From assembly GCA_964106645.2 (NCBI GenBank), contig OZ067051.1: 64,000 bases of DNA; one strand, written 5' to 3'. Below the pieces are notes generated by a model. It ran no database searches and was not told where the DNA came from. It worked only from the letters and a program-made list of their open reading frames with translations. The DNA is from Podarcis pityusensis. Its lineage: Eukaryota. This document shows positions 63,734 to 64,000 of this stretch, piece after piece; position 1 is the first letter of the stretch; the number at the start of each line of letters is the position of its first letter. Both the position numbers and the translations under genes were made by a program.

Positions 63734-64000
63734 CTAGCAAAAAGCAACATTTGTTTCAGGTAAGTTAATGATTGGCAGAGTTGTGGGAATCTTTCAAATG
63801 GACAAATATTCTTTTAGAGCAAAATAACACTTAGGAAAAGAATTCTAAACATCAGGACTTAAAGGCCATGGATGATAAATATGTTAAAGCTGAATCAGAA
63901 AAACGGCTATGAAACAATTACATAGCGTGGCTATTTGATAAAGCAAGGCAGGTTTAATCACCTTTTTCAGGGCAAAAACCCTAGCTGTTCGGACAGTTGT

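Overview
Vertebrate genomic DNA, most likely from a lacertid lizard (it carries Sauria/POM-type SINEs, Squam3-like SINEs and a young L2 LINE). Three protein-coding genes are present. (1) XPO6 (exportin-6), + strand: coding exons 2-24 (7447-40961) splice GT-AG into one open frame of 3375 nt; exon 1, which carries the ATG, is not visible in the window. (2) NME4 (mitochondrial nucleoside diphosphate kinase D), + strand: complete, 5 exons (46528-51984), 200 aa, starting in a CpG island. (3) The last three coding exons of LUC7L, - strand, convergent with NME4. Introns are rich in transposons: Sauria SINEs with TSDs, Tc1/mariner-type MITEs, hAT remnants, CR1, and a young L2 nested inside an L1 remnant. 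The most unusual non-genic feature is a back-to-back double inverted repeat (86-bp and 23-bp arms) in XPO6 intron 4. Other points of interest are the XPO6-NME4-LUC7L gene order and a splice donor in LUC7L that overlaps a stop codon. I found no convincing wholly new gene system; most short ORFs in the track are spurious. All family and orthologue assignments come from recalled sequences, not from a database search.
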